From the NCBI GenBank assembly GCA_032161105.1, contig JAVHTD010000001.1: a stretch of DNA of 64,000 nucleotides; one strand, written 5' to 3'. Shown one piece after another: positions 19,602 through 29,976 of this stretch (positions are counted from its first letter, which is position 1; the number at the start of each line of letters is the position of its first letter). The notes under the pieces were generated by a model. The model was given only the letters and a program-made list of their open reading frames with translations, was not told the DNA's origin and searched no databases. The stretch comes from Candidatus Thermosaccharophagus tengchongensis (lineage in GTDB: Bacteria > Armatimonadota > Fervidibacteria > Fervidibacterales > Thermosaccharophagaceae). The position numbers and the translations under genes were made by a program.

Positions 19602-21578
19602 TCACGATGAGCTTGCGTTCTTTGGGAAGCGCATCCACTCAAAGAACGCCTCAGCATAGAGCGGGTTAGTGCCAAGCTCAATATGCCTTACAGAGCGAGC
19701 CACTAACTCAGCCCGCTTGAGTTCGTTCCTGTTTATTAGTGCGAGCTTGGCGCCGGTGCCGGCAGCATTGCCAACGCTGTAGATTCGTTCCATTGATATT
19801 GGCGGGATTAAACCTATACGCACGGCACTCCGTTTGGGAATGAAAGTCCCAAATGCGCCGCATATGTATACAGCTTGCAGTGCATCGTAGCTTACTCCAG
19901 CGAGGTTTAAAAGCGTCTCTGTTGCGGCTCTTATTGAGCCCTTTGCGAGTTGGAGCTGCCTTATATCACGCTGCGTTAGCACTATTGGGAATCCGCCCTC
20001 AGATTCATCTCCATGCACGAGCACAAATTCAACCTCGCCATCGCGCTCTATCAGGCGGTCTGCTATTCGTGACGGCAGCGATGGGAGCTCGCAGCGGTGA
20101 ACCATCCTTCCAGTTTCATCAATGATCCCGAGTTCAAGCAATGCGGCGACGGCGTCAATTAACCCAGTCCCGCATATCCCCTTTGCTGGGGCATCGCCAA
20201 TGACCACGCAACGCAAATCATTCCCATCCACCTTAACCGAGCAGATTGCCCCATTGGCGGCTCTCATGCCGTGCTTTATTCGCGCCCCCTCAAATGCCGG
20301 ACCAGCTGCAGCTGATGCGGCAAGCATTTCATCGCCACACTTGACCACCACCTCGCTGTTCGTGCCTATGTCAATGGCAAGCGCCACATCGGCACCGTTG
20401 AGGAGGTGCGAGATAATCATGGCTACGGTGTCAGCGCCCACGAAGCCGCCAATTCGTGGCAGCACATGTAGTATTGCGTTGGGGATCGCAGTTATGCCGA
20501 GTTCGCTCGCCCTCAACTCAACCAAAGATTGAGTGACCGCAACATATGGCGCACGCCCAAGCAGCGTTACATCAAGTCCGAGCAAGAGGTGCAGCATGCA
20601 AGTGTTGCCGACAAATGTTGCGTGATACACATGGCTTGGTGATACCGCGGCTTCAGCACACGCTTTCAAAGCCAATTCATTAACGGCACCAATGATCGCC
20701 TCGTGCAGGAGTTTTAACCCATTCTCACTCTCGCTCGCGAAGGCGATTCGGGATATAAGATCATCCCCATAAGCCACCTGTGGGTTGATGGTGGAAGTTG
20801 TTGAGAGCGTTGCACCGTTCGCCAAGTCAACGAGGTAGCATACGACTGTTGTCGTTCCAATATCAAAAGCCAAGCCGTAATTCATCTTGGTCGTATCTCC
20901 GCGCTCAACTGCGAGCATTTTTTTACCAGCCATCACTACAGTGACTTCAAATTGAGCGTCGCGCAAAACCCTCGGCAATGAGCGCAGCAACTCCAAATCG
21001 GGGTTGAGCTCGTCGGGTGAATGCTCTGAAGCGCTTTCTGACAGCGCTGCGACGAGCCTCTCCCAATCACCTCTCTCATCGTTCAGTGACGGTATGGGCA
21101 CTTTGATAAAGCGCTTGCGGACAAGTGGCTCAACCGACACCATCTTTGCAGTGCCGAATGTGAGGATGTATCCAGTTGGATGAGAGAGCTCTTGCGGGAT
21201 GATTATGGAGGCGTTAGAGAATATTCGTGAGCGGCATGCCAATCTATATCCGGATGCAATTTCCCGATCGCTAAGCAATGCTCTCTCTTGCTCAGTTGGC
21301 ATCGGAGGGTTTGATGTGAAACGCACCTTGCATTTTCCGCACACCCCGATGCCGCCACATGGTGTCTCAATGTGTATTCCGGAGCGCCGCGCTGCATCAA
21401 GCACGGTTATCCCGCTCGGCACTGCGACCTTTAGATGATGCGATTCAAAGAAAACGACAACCGCAGATGCCCCTGTAGCGCCTTTATCGGCTCTCCCCGT
21501 GTTTCCTTCGCTTGCTTCATTCCCGCCGCTTTGATTCAAGTTAATGCTCATCATCTCATCGCCTCTTGAGTCTCCCAT
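19602..21578 (-). CDS. ASKHA-type corrinoid reductive activator (RACo/RamA family) with N-terminal 2Fe-2S domain
   Basis: CGGIGVCGKC...RLAC, DIGTTT, GFVGAD, DIGTN, AGPAFEG, GICGTG, GAFG, GNAA. Confidence 0.93.
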   Translation of the reverse strand: MGDSRGDEMMSINLNQSGGNEASEGNTGRADKGATGASAVVVFFESHHLKVAVPSGITVLDAARRSGIHIETPCGGIGVCGKCKVRFTSNPPMPTEQERALLSDREIASGYRLACRSRIFSNASIIIPQELSHPTGYILTFGTAKMVSVEPLVRKRFIKVPIPSLNDERGDWERLVAALSESASEHSPDELNPDLELLRSLPRVLRDAQFEVTVVMAGKKMLAVERGDTTKMNYGLAFDIGTTTVVCYLVDLANGATLSTTSTINPQVAYGDDLISRIAFASESENGLKLLHEAIIGAVNELALKACAEAAVSPSHVYHATFVGNTCMLHLLLGLDVTLLGRAPYVAVTQSLVELRASELGITAIPNAILHVLPRIGGFVGADTVAMIISHLLNGADVALAIDIGTNSEVVVKCGDEMLAASAAAGPAFEGARIKHGMRAANGAICSVKVDGNDLRCVVIGDAPAKGICGTGLIDAVAALLELGIIDETGRMVHRCELPSLPSRIADRLIERDGEVEFVLVHGDESEGGFPIVLTQRDIRQLQLAKGSIRAATETLLNLAGVSYDALQAVYICGAFGTFIPKRSAVRIGLIPPISMERIYSVGNAAGTGAKLALINRNELKRAELVARSVRHIELGTNPLYAEAFFEWMRFPKNASSS

Positions 21579-21635
21579 CCTTACCGAGTCATCATCGCCC
21601 TTAAGTATGTCTGTAACCTTCCGTGCGGAACCATT

Positions 21636-22436
21636 CTAAAGGTCAAGCATGCCGCTCCTTGCGGCGCTGATGTAGTTCATGCAAAATTCATCCTGCCCGA
21701 GGAGCGCCCTTGAAGCTGTCACTAAAGCCATCATGCCTTTGTCTGTTGGGTCGCATATGACGGCATCAAGTCCCATTGCCATCGCCATTACAATGAAGGC
21801 GCGATTGAGCCATTTCCTTTTCGGCATGCCGTGTGATATGTTTGTTAGCCCAATGACTATGTGCGACTTTGGAAAGCGCTCCCTGAGTTGCGCTATCGTC
21901 TTCAAGATAACCTGACCAACTCCGTCGTCCACGCTTATCGGGAGCATCAATGGATCAATGAAGATGTCATCCTCGTCCACACCGGCTCTTGTGAGTTCAT
22001 CCATCAATCTTGCGGCGATCTCCAATCGGTCTTCAACCCCCCTTGGCATTCCTGCGTCATCCATGCACAGGCATATGACGCGTGAATTGTGCTCAACGAC
22101 TATTGGGAGCAGCATTGAGAGCTTCATCCTCTCAGCTGTAATTGAATTTATGAGCGCCCTGCCGCGGTGAACTTTCAATGCCTCTGCTATTGCAATTGGA
22201 TTGGGACTATCAATGCATATTGGGGCATCCACAGCTTCCTGTATTGCCTTGACAGCCCAAGCCAGTGTTGATGGTTCCTCCTCAACGCCCACTGCTGCAA
22301 CATTGCAATCTATGTAGTGAGCGCCAGCTTCAACTTGCATTCGTGCTTCCATCTGTAGTGTTGAGGCATCCCGTGAATGCACTGCCTCATATATGGGCTT
22401 GCGTGAGCTATTTATTCGTTCCCCAATGATGATCAT
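21636..22436 (-). CDS. Pterin-binding methyltetrahydrofolate:corrinoid methyltransferase (AcsE/MetH folate module)
   Basis: MIIIGERINSSRK, IDSPN, INSI, IDP, GLTNISHGMP, GLDAVICDP. Confidence 0.9.
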   Translation of the reverse strand: MIIIGERINSSRKPIYEAVHSRDASTLQMEARMQVEAGAHYIDCNVAAVGVEEEPSTLAWAVKAIQEAVDAPICIDSPNPIAIAEALKVHRGRALINSITAERMKLSMLLPIVVEHNSRVICLCMDDAGMPRGVEDRLEIAARLMDELTRAGVDEDDIFIDPLMLPISVDDGVGQVILKTIAQLRERFPKSHIVIGLTNISHGMPKRKWLNRAFIVMAMAMGLDAVICDPTDKGMMALVTASRALLGQDEFCMNYISAARSGMLDL

Positions 22437-22750
22437 AAATGCCACCCCCATCTGACGGCGCTTACTATCACAGTATGTCTCATCCGATGGCGGGAGATGC
22501 TGCATGTGAGTTATCATTAGCTTTAGCAATATAGCCTTTCATAGCTTGGTGAGTGCGATAGCTGCTTGTGCCGCTGGGACTTATTCATAGAGCTCATCCA
22601 ATAGCCCGCTCCTGTTACTGCGTAACAAATTGTTACTAATAGTAACTGCGGAAAATTGCCCGACGAATTTTCGGCATGACCCACTATATGCCCCCACAAT
22701 GCCGCCAAATCATTCCCCGAAATTTTGCCGCATAACGGCGGCTCAAGTTG

Positions 22751-22801
22751 GTGGTTTGAAGTGGGACAAAGTGGTTGACAATTCCGAAGGGGAATTATAA
22801 T
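22751..22801 (+). promoter_or_regulatory. mraZ/dcw promoter with three MraZ-type GTGG boxes
   Basis: GTGGTT/GTGGGA/GTGGTT at 10-nt period (22751, 22761, 22771); third box overlaps TTGACA (22775); TATAAT at 22796 (15-nt spacer, short). Confidence 0.7.
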
Positions 22802-22941
22802 GGATGATTGATGAGCACCATTTAGCGAGGGCAATTGGTTGCGAGCGATCAAAACGATCAGTTGACCAAACGGCAGTGAGGGGAGACGAAGGGTGAGCGA
22901 AATCGGGTCAAAGGATTTCGCTGATGTGAGGGTATCGGCAG

Positions 22942-23436
22942 ATGCGGGCGAAGAGAAACGAAAGCAAGCAATGGCAAGGTAGGGAGGCTAATTCGGCGAG
23001 GGTTGATTTCTCGGGTTACTTTTTCCACTCGCTTGATGACAAATACAGGCTCGTGATACCGCAGCAGTTTCGTGATGGTCTTGGGAGGAGGTTTAGAGTG
23101 GTTATAAGCTCTCGCGATACGCTCTACCTGCTCCCAATAAGCGAGTGGGAGAAACTTCAGGAACGCTTGAGTGAACTTGAGGCATCCGACCCAGCTCAAT
23201 ATCGCACAGTCGTTGAGAGGATGAGGACATTCTCAACGGAGCTTGAAGCCGATCAAAACTGGCGTGTGCTTATACCGAAGGAGCTGAGGGAACGAGCCCG
23301 CTTGACAAAGCAGGTGGTCTCCCTCGGACAGCGGATACGAATAGAGTTGATGGATAGGGACTTCTTTGAGAAGGAAGTCGCACCTATTCTGGAGAGCGAG
23401 CAAACAAAGCGCTTGCAGCAGAACATCGGTTGGTAG
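22942..23436 (+). CDS. mraZ: Transcriptional regulator MraZ
   Basis: FSG.F.HSLDDKYRLVIP...D..WRVLIP.ELR; first gene of dcw cluster. Confidence 0.9.
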   Translation: MRAKRNESKQWQGREANSARVDFSGYFFHSLDDKYRLVIPQQFRDGLGRRFRVVISSRDTLYLLPISEWEKLQERLSELEASDPAQYRTVVERMRTFSTELEADQNWRVLIPKELRERARLTKQVVSLGQRIRIELMDRDFFEKEVAPILESEQTKRLQQNIGW

Positions 23437-23474
23437 CAAATTCGCTGACACTGGCTCTTGAGGGGTAGCAGGCA

Positions 23475-24536
23475 ATGAGGGGAGTCGGCTTGATGGGTTC
23501 GCAAAGGAGCACAGCTATAAATCGGAGTTCGGAGTTGGCGCCTTATGACCCGAACTGTGGTTATGGTTTGGAGCACCAAGCGCCGCGCCTTCACAAGCCA
23601 GCAATGGTTAAGGAGGTGATTGAGTATCTCGGGTGCACAGCAAAACCCGATGGTGTTTTCGTTGACATGACGGTAGGCACTGGTGGACATGCAGAAGCAA
23701 TACTCCGTGCAGCACCAAAGGCAATGCTGATCGGGATAGATAGAGATGAGGAGTCTCTTGAGGTGGCTTCGGAGAGGCTCGTTGAATTTGGGGAACGGGT
23801 GAGATTGATTCACGGCGACATGAGGGATGTCCAAAGGCTGATCAAGCTTTGCGGTGTTGAGAGGGTTGATGGGTGCCTCATTGATCCTGGCATGTCGCTT
23901 TGGCAGGTTGATCAGGAGCGCGGGTTCAGCTTCCGCATTCCCGCTGAACTTGACATGCGTTATGACAGGATGCAACGGCTCACTGCAAAGGACATTATCA
24001 ACTCGGCTTCATTTGAGGAGCTCGTGAGGATGTTGACGACAGCGGGGGAGCGGAGGAAAAGAGCAAAAGCTATAGCACAAGCTGTAATAGAGGCTCGCGC
24101 TCAAAACCCAATAGAGACCACACAACAACTCGCAGCAATAGTCGCGGAAGCGGTCAAAGCAAAGGGATGGCAACGGATACACCCAGCGACAAAGCTATTC
24201 ATGGCATTACGAATCGCCGTCAACGAAGAAGCGGACGCTCTGGAACATGGGATAAGAGCGGCACTGCATGTGCTTCGCATTGGCGGGCGCATTGTGGTGC
24301 TGACATATCAAAGCATTGAAGATAGCATCGTCAAACGATTGTTCCATGCATACTCGCAGCCCGCTCGTGCTAACCTCCCCTCCCCCTTCCCCCCGCTACC
24401 GATGGCTGATGATGTCATCAGGGTGAAAGTGCTAACACCAAAACCATTAAAGCCGTCGCGCTCCGAGATAAGGAAGAACAGGTGCGCAAGGGGCTGTAAG
24501 CTGAGGGCAGCTGAGCGGATCAACGGAGAGGCGTAG
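23475..24536 (+). CDS. rsmH: 16S rRNA m4C1402 methyltransferase
   Basis: HKP, DMTVGTGGHA, RGFSF, LDMR, HPATKLFMALRIAVN. Confidence 0.95.
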   Translation: MRGVGLMGSQRSTAINRSSELAPYDPNCGYGLEHQAPRLHKPAMVKEVIEYLGCTAKPDGVFVDMTVGTGGHAEAILRAAPKAMLIGIDRDEESLEVASERLVEFGERVRLIHGDMRDVQRLIKLCGVERVDGCLIDPGMSLWQVDQERGFSFRIPAELDMRYDRMQRLTAKDIINSASFEELVRMLTTAGERRKRAKAIAQAVIEARAQNPIETTQQLAAIVAEAVKAKGWQRIHPATKLFMALRIAVNEEADALEHGIRAALHVLRIGGRIVVLTYQSIEDSIVKRLFHAYSQPARANLPSPFPPLPMADDVIRVKVLTPKPLKPSRSEIRKNRCARGCKLRAAERINGEA

Positions 24537-24675
24537 TTTGCGAAGTTTAGATGATTAAACGCGCTGGCTGAAGTCGGAGCTGCGATCTTACGCGGCGCTT
24601 GAAGAACTCATGCGATATTGCCCGTGATTCTTCAACGAGGCGCGAAGTTTGAGGGGAAGGAGGGAGGAGGTTAAG

Positions 24676-25128
24676 ATGCATCACAAGCGTTGTGCGTTTG
24701 GAAAGCGCAGGCGTTTACTTAGCAGCCGAGATGGGCTGCAAGCGCGCCTTCCGTTGAGTGTGATTGCATGGTATGGAGTGGCATTGTTTTTATGTCTCTT
24801 CGTGAATGCCACGCTCAATGCCATCAATACGCAAGCCCAGAGGAACAATTATCGCCTCGAGCGTTTAACAGTTATGTTGCGTATGCGTCATGAGTCGCTC
24901 CTTCGCGCTCTTTCCGTAGCCCTCTCACCAGCGCATGCAGAGGAGGTGGCAGAGAAATTGAGCATGCGTAGGGCGGGCACTAAGGATTGCAAGTTCGTGG
25001 TGATAGCGCCTGTGCAGGGTGAAAGGAAAGTGAGCGTTGATGCGATGAGAGCTAAAGAAGTGATCACTGATGCAAGTAGCGCAATCCATGATGGCAGTGA
25101 GGGTTTGAATAAACGCCCGAGGGATTGA
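24676..25128 (+). CDS. FtsL-like cell division protein
   Basis: Single TM plus coiled coil and LSP..EEVA.KL.M; between rsmH and PBP; GGAGG SD. Confidence 0.6.
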   Translation: MHHKRCAFGKRRRLLSSRDGLQARLPLSVIAWYGVALFLCLFVNATLNAINTQAQRNNYRLERLTVMLRMRHESLLRALSVALSPAHAEEVAEKLSMRRAGTKDCKFVVIAPVQGERKVSVDAMRAKEVITDASSAIHDGSEGLNKRPRD

Positions 25129-25142
25129 ATCGGGTGGTGAGG

Positions 25143-27017
25143 ATGGAAAGGCGAAGGGGGAAGGAGAAGTTAAATCTGGCATGTGCCGCAAGGCATCGCA
25201 TCATCTTTGCGCGCTTCGTTTTGCTGCTCGTCTTTTTCTTTGAGGGGATCTCGCTTGTGCGCTTGCAGGCTATTCTGCCAAGGAGGATGCTTTCAAGCGA
25301 TGGCAGTGCGTTGCCCAAAGGGATGCGCAGGGAGGTCATCGTCGCCAAGAGAGGCACAATATATGCCCGCGATATGACACCTCTGGCTATGACAGTAATC
25401 CGATATTATGTCTGCGCAGACCCAACCCTCGTTGAGGAGAGGGAGCGTGCGGCTTTGACCCTGTCAACCATTCTCAATGAGCCGTATGAAGACATCTTTA
25501 AGAGCCTTTTGCCGGGGGACGGAAGAAGCAAGCCTTTGAGGTTTCGGTTGATCAAGCGCGATGTTGATGCACAAGTTGCTGAGCGCTTGCTTAAAGCACT
25601 GAGGGCGGCGAGGTGTGGAAGGGAGTTGAAGGGCATTTTCATCGGGCGAGAGGCAAAGCGAGTATACCCGTGTGGGCGGTTGGCTTCGCAGCTTATCGGG
25701 TTTGTGAATGTGGATGGGACTGTGAAGGAAGGGATTGAAATGAAGTGGGACGATGTCCTCTCCGGCAGGGATGGGATTAAGTTTGTGGAAGTGAATGCAG
25801 CTGGTGAGCCAATAGCCGGTGGTGAGGTTGAGTTAGTTGAACCGAGCAATGGCAAAGACCTCGTGCTGACGATTGATCCGACCATTCAAAGAGATGTTGA
25901 AGAAGTGCTCCGTGAGGCTATAAAGCGTCACCATGCAAGGGCAGCAACTGCGGCTGTCATGGATGTTCGAACTGGCGAAGTGCTCGCTGCAGTGAGCATG
26001 CCGGATTTTGATCCAAACCGATACAGTGAGGCGCAGCAGGAGAGCTTTAGAAACAGGGTTACGATGTTTGTTTACGAGCCCGGCTCCGCCTTCAAAGTCT
26101 TGGTTGCGGCAATAGGGATTGACTGCGGTGCGTTTGATGAGAGATCAACGGCGTATTGTGATGGCAAGTGGGAAGTCGGCAACTCAGCCATAAGATGTTG
26201 GGTTGCATCTGGGCATGGGAATCAAACGCTTGCTGATGCCATAAAGAATTCGTGCAATGTAGCGATGGCGAAATTTGCCATGCGCATACCGAGGGACAAG
26301 TTTTGGCGCTATCTGTTAAAGTTCGGGTTTGGCAAGTTCACAGGGTGTGGTGCACCAGAAACAGCCGGTTGGATAGATCCGCCAGAGGTATGGAGCAAAG
26401 TTCGCAGGGCTAATTTGGGTTATGGCTATGGCATAATGGTCACTCCGCTGCAGTTGCTCAGGGCTATTTCAGCCATAGCGAATGGTGGGTTGCTGCTAAA
26501 GCCGACATTGGTCAGGGCAATCGTTGACCAAGACGGGCATTGGCAATCGCTAACCGACGGGGTGAATGGCGAGTATGTTATCGCTCCTACAACTGCAGCA
26601 AAAGTTAGGCGGATGATGGAGCTCGCTGTCCTCAAGGGAACTGGTAGGAAAGCCCGTTTGGACGGTTACACATGCGCGGGGAAGACTGGGACGACGAGAA
26701 AGATGATCCCGGGCAAGGCTTATGGTTCGGATGTCATTTGCACATTCGTGGGTTTCTTCCCGGCTGAGTCCCCGAAGGTTGCAGCGATCATTGTTTTGGA
26801 TGAACCCAAGAAAAGCAAGTGGGCGAGTGAGACTGCAGCACCATTGTTTTCCGAGGTAATGAGCAAAGTCGCTCTGCGCTTGGGCATACCGCCATCTGAC
26901 GGGCGGCTTTCGGGACGAACTGCGAGAGCAATCGTGAGTTGTGGTGTTATGGGTGGTGCTGAGAGCGGTCAGCTGAATGAGCTCATCGCTTTTGGGATGG
27001 CTGAGGGTGATTTTTGA
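25143..27017 (+). CDS. ftsI: Class B penicillin-binding protein (FtsI/SpoVD-like)
   Basis: RGTIY, R.YP, EPGSAFK (SxxK), SCN (SxN), KTGT. Confidence 0.9.
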   Translation: MERRRGKEKLNLACAARHRIIFARFVLLLVFFFEGISLVRLQAILPRRMLSSDGSALPKGMRREVIVAKRGTIYARDMTPLAMTVIRYYVCADPTLVEERERAALTLSTILNEPYEDIFKSLLPGDGRSKPLRFRLIKRDVDAQVAERLLKALRAARCGRELKGIFIGREAKRVYPCGRLASQLIGFVNVDGTVKEGIEMKWDDVLSGRDGIKFVEVNAAGEPIAGGEVELVEPSNGKDLVLTIDPTIQRDVEEVLREAIKRHHARAATAAVMDVRTGEVLAAVSMPDFDPNRYSEAQQESFRNRVTMFVYEPGSAFKVLVAAIGIDCGAFDERSTAYCDGKWEVGNSAIRCWVASGHGNQTLADAIKNSCNVAMAKFAMRIPRDKFWRYLLKFGFGKFTGCGAPETAGWIDPPEVWSKVRRANLGYGYGIMVTPLQLLRAISAIANGGLLLKPTLVRAIVDQDGHWQSLTDGVNGEYVIAPTTAAKVRRMMELAVLKGTGRKARLDGYTCAGKTGTTRKMIPGKAYGSDVICTFVGFFPAESPKVAAIIVLDEPKKSKWASETAAPLFSEVMSKVALRLGIPPSDGRLSGRTARAIVSCGVMGGAESGQLNELIAFGMAEGDF

Positions 27018-28570
27018 TGGGCGAGTTGAAACCAAAACCTTTGGAGGAGTTGGTTGAGTCCTTAAGGGAGGCAGCTCTTTTGGTCTCGGTCAATGGCGAT
27101 GTGAATAGGGCTGTCAGAGATGTGGTCAGTGATTCAAAGATGGCATGCGATGGGGCAATTTTCGTCTGCATACGCGGGATGAAGCACGATGGACATGACT
27201 TTATCAAAGAGTGCATAGCTCATGGTGCAAGTGCCGTTGTGTTTGAGGATGAAACGAAGGCAGCTCCGTTTGTGGGCGAGGTAACGCTCATCAAGGTGAA
27301 GGACACACGGAAGGCGCTCGCCATACTCGCATCCAAGTTTTTTGAGGAACCCTCAAAGCGAGTCCGGCTCATCGGAGTGACCGGGACAAACGGCAAAACA
27401 ACCACCGTGCATATGATAGCAGCATGCCTGCGCTCCCTCGGCAGGCGAGTGGCGACGATGGGCACAATGGGAGCCTCAACGGATGAGGGTGGGCAGTTTG
27501 ACCTCCCGCACACAACTCCGGAAGCTCCACTGATACAGCGCTACCTGCACATGTTCGCCTGCGGCGGCATTCAGGATGTCGTGATGGAAGTTTCATCGCA
27601 TGCCCTGTCGCAGGATAGGGTGCTTGGGTGTGCATTTGATGCAGCTGTGTTCACCAACCTGACGCAAGACCACCTTGATTATCACGGCGACATGGAGTCT
27701 TACTTCTCAGCCAAGGCGCTCCTGTTCACTGAATATGCAAGGTATGCCCTCAAAGTGGGGAAGGGATTCGCCGCCGCCATAAACGCTGATGACCCTTATG
27801 GAAGGCGCCTTTTGAGCATTCGCCATTGCAAAGTGATCTCATATGGGTTGAGCGATGAGTGCGATGTTTACGCGTCGGATGTGAGGATGCAAAGGACGCA
27901 TACGGATATCGTGGTGAGCATAAGACCGTTGGGCATTCAATCCATTCACATCAGGATGCCGTTGATTGGGATGTTCAATGTTTACAATGCGCTTGCTGCG
28001 CTCTCAACATTGGTGGCGCTCAATGAGGATGTCACATGTGCTGTTAATGCGCTTGAGCAGTTTACGCCGCCGAAGGGGCGGCTTGAGCCGATTGATGAAG
28101 GGCAGCCATTCACAGTGTTGATTGACTATGCCCACACTCCGGATGGGCTGCTTCAAGCCCTGAGAACGCTGAAGCCCATAAAGGATGGCGGGAGGCTCAT
28201 TGTGGTTTTTGGGTGTGGCGGCGACAGGGACAAGACGAAACGACCGAAGATGGGGCGCATAGCATCGGTTGAGGGCGACATCGTCATCGTTACATCGGAC
28301 AACCCGCGCTCCGAAGACCCGATGGTCATCATTGAGCAGATACTGTCGGGTGTGGAATTGACGGAGCGACACAAGGTCATAGTTGAGCCAGACAGAAGGA
28401 AAGCCATCTTTAAGGCGATTGGGATGGCGCAATGCGGCGACATAGTTCTCATAGCTGGCAAGGGGCATGAGACTTACCAAATCATCGGGCAGCGAAGGAT
28501 ACCGTTTGATGACGGTGAAGTGGCAAGGGAAGCATTGAGCTCTTTGGGAGGCGCGTTCAAGAGATGCTAA
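27017..28570 (+). CDS. murE: UDP-MurNAc-dipeptide--meso-DAP ligase
   Basis: VTGTNGKTT, MEVSSH, DYAHTPD, DNPR, AGKGHE. Confidence 0.96.
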   Translation: MGELKPKPLEELVESLREAALLVSVNGDVNRAVRDVVSDSKMACDGAIFVCIRGMKHDGHDFIKECIAHGASAVVFEDETKAAPFVGEVTLIKVKDTRKALAILASKFFEEPSKRVRLIGVTGTNGKTTTVHMIAACLRSLGRRVATMGTMGASTDEGGQFDLPHTTPEAPLIQRYLHMFACGGIQDVVMEVSSHALSQDRVLGCAFDAAVFTNLTQDHLDYHGDMESYFSAKALLFTEYARYALKVGKGFAAAINADDPYGRRLLSIRHCKVISYGLSDECDVYASDVRMQRTHTDIVVSIRPLGIQSIHIRMPLIGMFNVYNALAALSTLVALNEDVTCAVNALEQFTPPKGRLEPIDEGQPFTVLIDYAHTPDGLLQALRTLKPIKDGGRLIVVFGCGGDRDKTKRPKMGRIASVEGDIVIVTSDNPRSEDPMVIIEQILSGVELTERHKVIVEPDRRKAIFKAIGMAQCGDIVLIAGKGHETYQIIGQRRIPFDDGEVAREALSSLGGAFKRC

Positions 28571-29976
28571 AAGTCACGGTCACGCAACTGGCGCAGTGGT
28601 GCTCCGGCAAACTTTTGAAAACCTCCGAATGGAGCGCAGTGGATGATGTTGTCACCGACAGCCGATTCGCTCACCATGGCTGCGCATTTGTGGCTTTGAG
28701 GGGCGAGCGGTTTGATGGACACCAGTTTATTCCCGATGCCATTTCAAGGGGCGCAAAGACGGTCATAGTGCAGCACGCAGAGGCTGTCCCAAAGGATGCC
28801 GATGTAAACATCATCCTCGTTGAGGACACTCTCAAAGCCCTTGGCTCAATTGCCCGCTCGCACTTTGAGCACATCGCTAAGGTGTCAGACCCAAAGGTTG
28901 TAGCCGTCACCGGCAGCTGCGGCAAGACAACAACGAAGTTGATGATAAGCGCAATGCTGTCACGCTCTCTCAATGTGCTCACATCTCCCGAAAGCTACAA
29001 CAACGAGATTGGGATACCGCTAACGTTGTTTCGGCTCTCCGCAGAGCATCAAGCCATCGTGCTTGAATATGCTGCGAGGCGCGAGGGCGATATCGCCTAC
29101 CTGTGTGGTATCGCCAAGCCGCATGTTGGCATCATCACGAACATCGGGAAGGCGCACATCGGCATATTCGGCTCAAGGGAAGCCATAGAGAGCGCGAAGG
29201 GGGAAATAGTTGAAGCCATTGATGAAGATGGCTACGCAGTGCTGAACGCCGATGACCAAGCATTTGAGCGTCTAAAGGCGCGCACCAGGGCTACCGTGCT
29301 TTCGTTCTCAATGCACGATAAGCGCTGCCACGCATTCGCGGAAGGAGTGCGCTCCGAGCTGCTTGGTATAAGCTTTGATGCGAATGTGCTCGGACGCAAG
29401 CTTTCGGTTCGCTTGCCCGTGCTTGGGATACACAATGTTGCCAACGCGCTGGCGGCAATGCTTGCGGTGTGCTCTGTCAAGGGGGAAATTGATGAGGACG
29501 ATGTTAGGGCGCTTGAATCTTTTGAACCGCCAAAGATGAGGATGCAACCGCATCATCGGCGCAATGGGGTTGTCATCATTAACGACGCATACAACGCCAA
29601 CCCGGAGTCAATGAGAGCGGCATTGCAATCGCTTCAACTCCGCACAGACGCAAATAGGCGTGTGGTGGTGCTCGGTGAAATGAGGGAGCTCGGTGAAATG
29701 TCATATGAGGAGCACTTCAAGCTGGGCTGGGAGTTGATTGATTACGGCGTTGATGTGGCGGTCGTCGTAGGCGACGGTGCGGCGCCGATAGCGGAGGGCG
29801 CATTATTCCGCTCAAGGGATGCAAAGGGGCGCATGGAGGTGATACCCGTAAGTGACATTGAGGAAGCCGTCAATGTGCTTCGCAAGCTGCTCAAGCCGGG
29901 CGATGTCGTGCTTGTAAAGGCTTCAAGGGCGATTGAGCTTGACAAAGTGGTGGACAAGCTCATGGGTGAGCACTGA
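28564..29976 (+). CDS. murF: UDP-MurNAc-tripeptide--D-Ala-D-Ala ligase
   Basis: VTGSCGKTTTK, NNEIGIP, DAYNANP, KASR. Confidence 0.96.
   Translation: MLKVTVTQLAQWCSGKLLKTSEWSAVDDVVTDSRFAHHGCAFVALRGERFDGHQFIPDAISRGAKTVIVQHAEAVPKDADVNIILVEDTLKALGSIARSHFEHIAKVSDPKVVAVTGSCGKTTTKLMISAMLSRSLNVLTSPESYNNEIGIPLTLFRLSAEHQAIVLEYAARREGDIAYLCGIAKPHVGIITNIGKAHIGIFGSREAIESAKGEIVEAIDEDGYAVLNADDQAFERLKARTRATVLSFSMHDKRCHAFAEGVRSELLGISFDANVLGRKLSVRLPVLGIHNVANALAAMLAVCSVKGEIDEDDVRALESFEPPKMRMQPHHRRNGVVIINDAYNANPESMRAALQSLQLRTDANRRVVVLGEMRELGEMSYEEHFKLGWELIDYGVDVAVVVGDGAAPIAEGALFRSRDAKGRMEVIPVSDIEEAVNVLRKLLKPGDVVLVKASRAIELDKVVDKLMGEH

Noticed and set aside
22437..22740. SAM-I or cobalamin riboswitch upstream of the methyltransferase cluster
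   Set aside because: Conserved core motifs not recognised on the minus strand; an Rfam scan would settle it
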